35,777 bases of DNA. Source: Octopus bimaculoides (taxonomy: Eukaryota). Below, one piece after another: positions 35,510 to 35,777 of this stretch; the stretch's first letter is position 1; every line of letters starts with the position of its first letter. The stretch lies in NCBI RefSeq assembly GCF_001194135.2, contig NC_068984.1, positions 111,028,114 through 111,063,890 on the forward strand, written 5' to 3'. Under the pieces are notes generated by a model. That model did not search any database, had not been told where the DNA came from, and saw only the letters and a program-made list of their open reading frames with translations. A program made the position numbers and the translations under genes.

Positions 35510-35777
35510 TTGCCACTTAAGTGTGGCTGACCCCTAGGGGTGGATGTTACTGTTGCTTTTAGCCCCAGGAGGACATCTCCTCCAGCTGGCTTATCGACAC
35601 ACGACTGTGTCCTGTTTGCCAAGGGAGTTATCCCTCTCACCACAGCCAGCAGCACGAACGTATCCGGATTTCAGGGTTATTTCCCTTCGTCGGCGTTCGA
35701 CAGCTGATGACCTTGGTGAGAGAGAAAAACCTGGCAAATCATATATCTTCTTTTCCAGTGGCATTCTTCACTGATAT
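35510..35777. mobile_element. GC-richer structured segment abutting (TA)n; probable terminus/UTR of a non-LTR element running off the window
   Basis: Abrupt composition change after the microsatellite and many short hairpins; no recognisable protein motif. Confidence 0.35.

Noticed and set aside
35680-35735. Type-III hammerhead around CTGATGA...GAAA
   Set aside because: Stem II and stem III do not pair, and two extra bases separate stem I from the core.

Overview
AT-rich eukaryotic genomic DNA from a short-read assembly with seven N gaps. The SINE families and the (AT)n/(AC)n/(ATAC)n/(AAT)n/(GATA)n microsatellite load look like an octopus (coleoid cephalopod) genome; this rests on my recognition of repeat sequences, not a database search. 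There is no complete gene, and nearly all ORF-track entries are microsatellite translations. The window is dominated by: (i) a decayed, 5'-truncated R4/Dong-clade RLE non-LTR retrotransposon (minus strand, ~270-1803) lying between CATA repeats; (ii) about 30 copies or fragments of several tRNA-headed SINE families and RTE-type 3' tails; (iii) a degenerate Tc1/mariner element with recognisable TIRs (12052-14447) and nested insertions, plus a mariner MITE remnant; (iv) at least six foldback/inverted-repeat elements. The largest foldback (32291-33360) still carries an almost complete minimal type-I hammerhead ribozyme of the Penelope-like-element (PLE) kind. A few short unique islands have splice signals and open frames. 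They suggest the window is mostly intron of an unidentified, probably plus-strand, membrane-protein gene, but the strand and exon set are uncertain.
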